Shown here one piece after another: positions 63,981 through 64,000 of a stretch of DNA of 64,000 bases. Both the position numbers and the translations under genes were made by a program. Each line of letters opens with the position of its first letter. Within the stretch, counting starts at the first letter, position 1. A model generated the notes under the pieces. That model ran no database searches. It saw nothing but the letters and a program-made list of their open reading frames with translations, and had not been told where the DNA came from. This stretch comes from a virus. The DNA is taken from positions 70,297-134,296 of the IMG/VR virus record IMGVR_UViG_3300016665_000824, one strand, 5' to 3'.

Positions 63981-64000
63981 ACAAGGCAATAAAAAAAGCA

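Noticed and set aside
1-64000. Integrase and att sites defining prophage boundaries
   Set aside because: No tyrosine or serine recombinase motifs recognised in any ORF and no tRNA gene found; boundaries cannot be called from this window.
1-64000. Diversity-generating retroelement or other reverse-transcriptase system
   Set aside because: No ORF with reverse-transcriptase motifs (YxDD) was seen; the repeats found are direct DNA repeats at gene junctions, not template/variable repeat pairs next to an RT.

Overview
This 64-kb window is cyanobacterial-type DNA: the 8-bp HIP1 palindrome GCGATCGC recurs throughout (not counted exactly), but is absent from nt 1-2250 and from about 61.4-62.6 kb. It is packed with roughly 95 short, often overlapping genes in alternating strand blocks and reads as a phage-like mobile element, probably a phage-plasmid. 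Recognisable modules: (i) virion and packaging genes (tail-fibre-like genes at 0-2.1 kb, a minus-strand structural block at 2.2-9.9 kb with a putative portal, terminase large subunit at 39.1-40.7 kb); (ii) a self-encoded replisome (DnaG primase, DnaB helicase, two tandem SSB genes, DnaN clamp, RusA resolvase); (iii) nucleotide metabolism (dCTP deaminase, ThyX, MazG-like, HAD phosphatase); (iv) two orphan DNA methyltransferases (Dam-like and C5-cytosine); (v) plasmid-type maintenance (parA plus a small RHH gene, a Rep-like HTH protein, tandem ~97-bp repeats); (vi) several free-standing nuclease-fold genes (HNH, GIY-YIG, T5orf172); and (vii) a 9-gene translationally coupled minus-strand operon at 45.5-50.9 kb encoding a membrane-anchored FtsK/VirD4-like ATPase, a membrane-anchored M23 peptidase-lytic transglycosylase and several membrane proteins, headed by a divergent RHH regulator with 20-bp direct repeats. 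That last operon is the best candidate here for an undescribed membrane DNA-translocation system. No integrase, tRNA, rRNA, CRISPR array or reverse transcriptase was recognised. All calls rest on motif reading of the supplied ORF translations; no database search was run.
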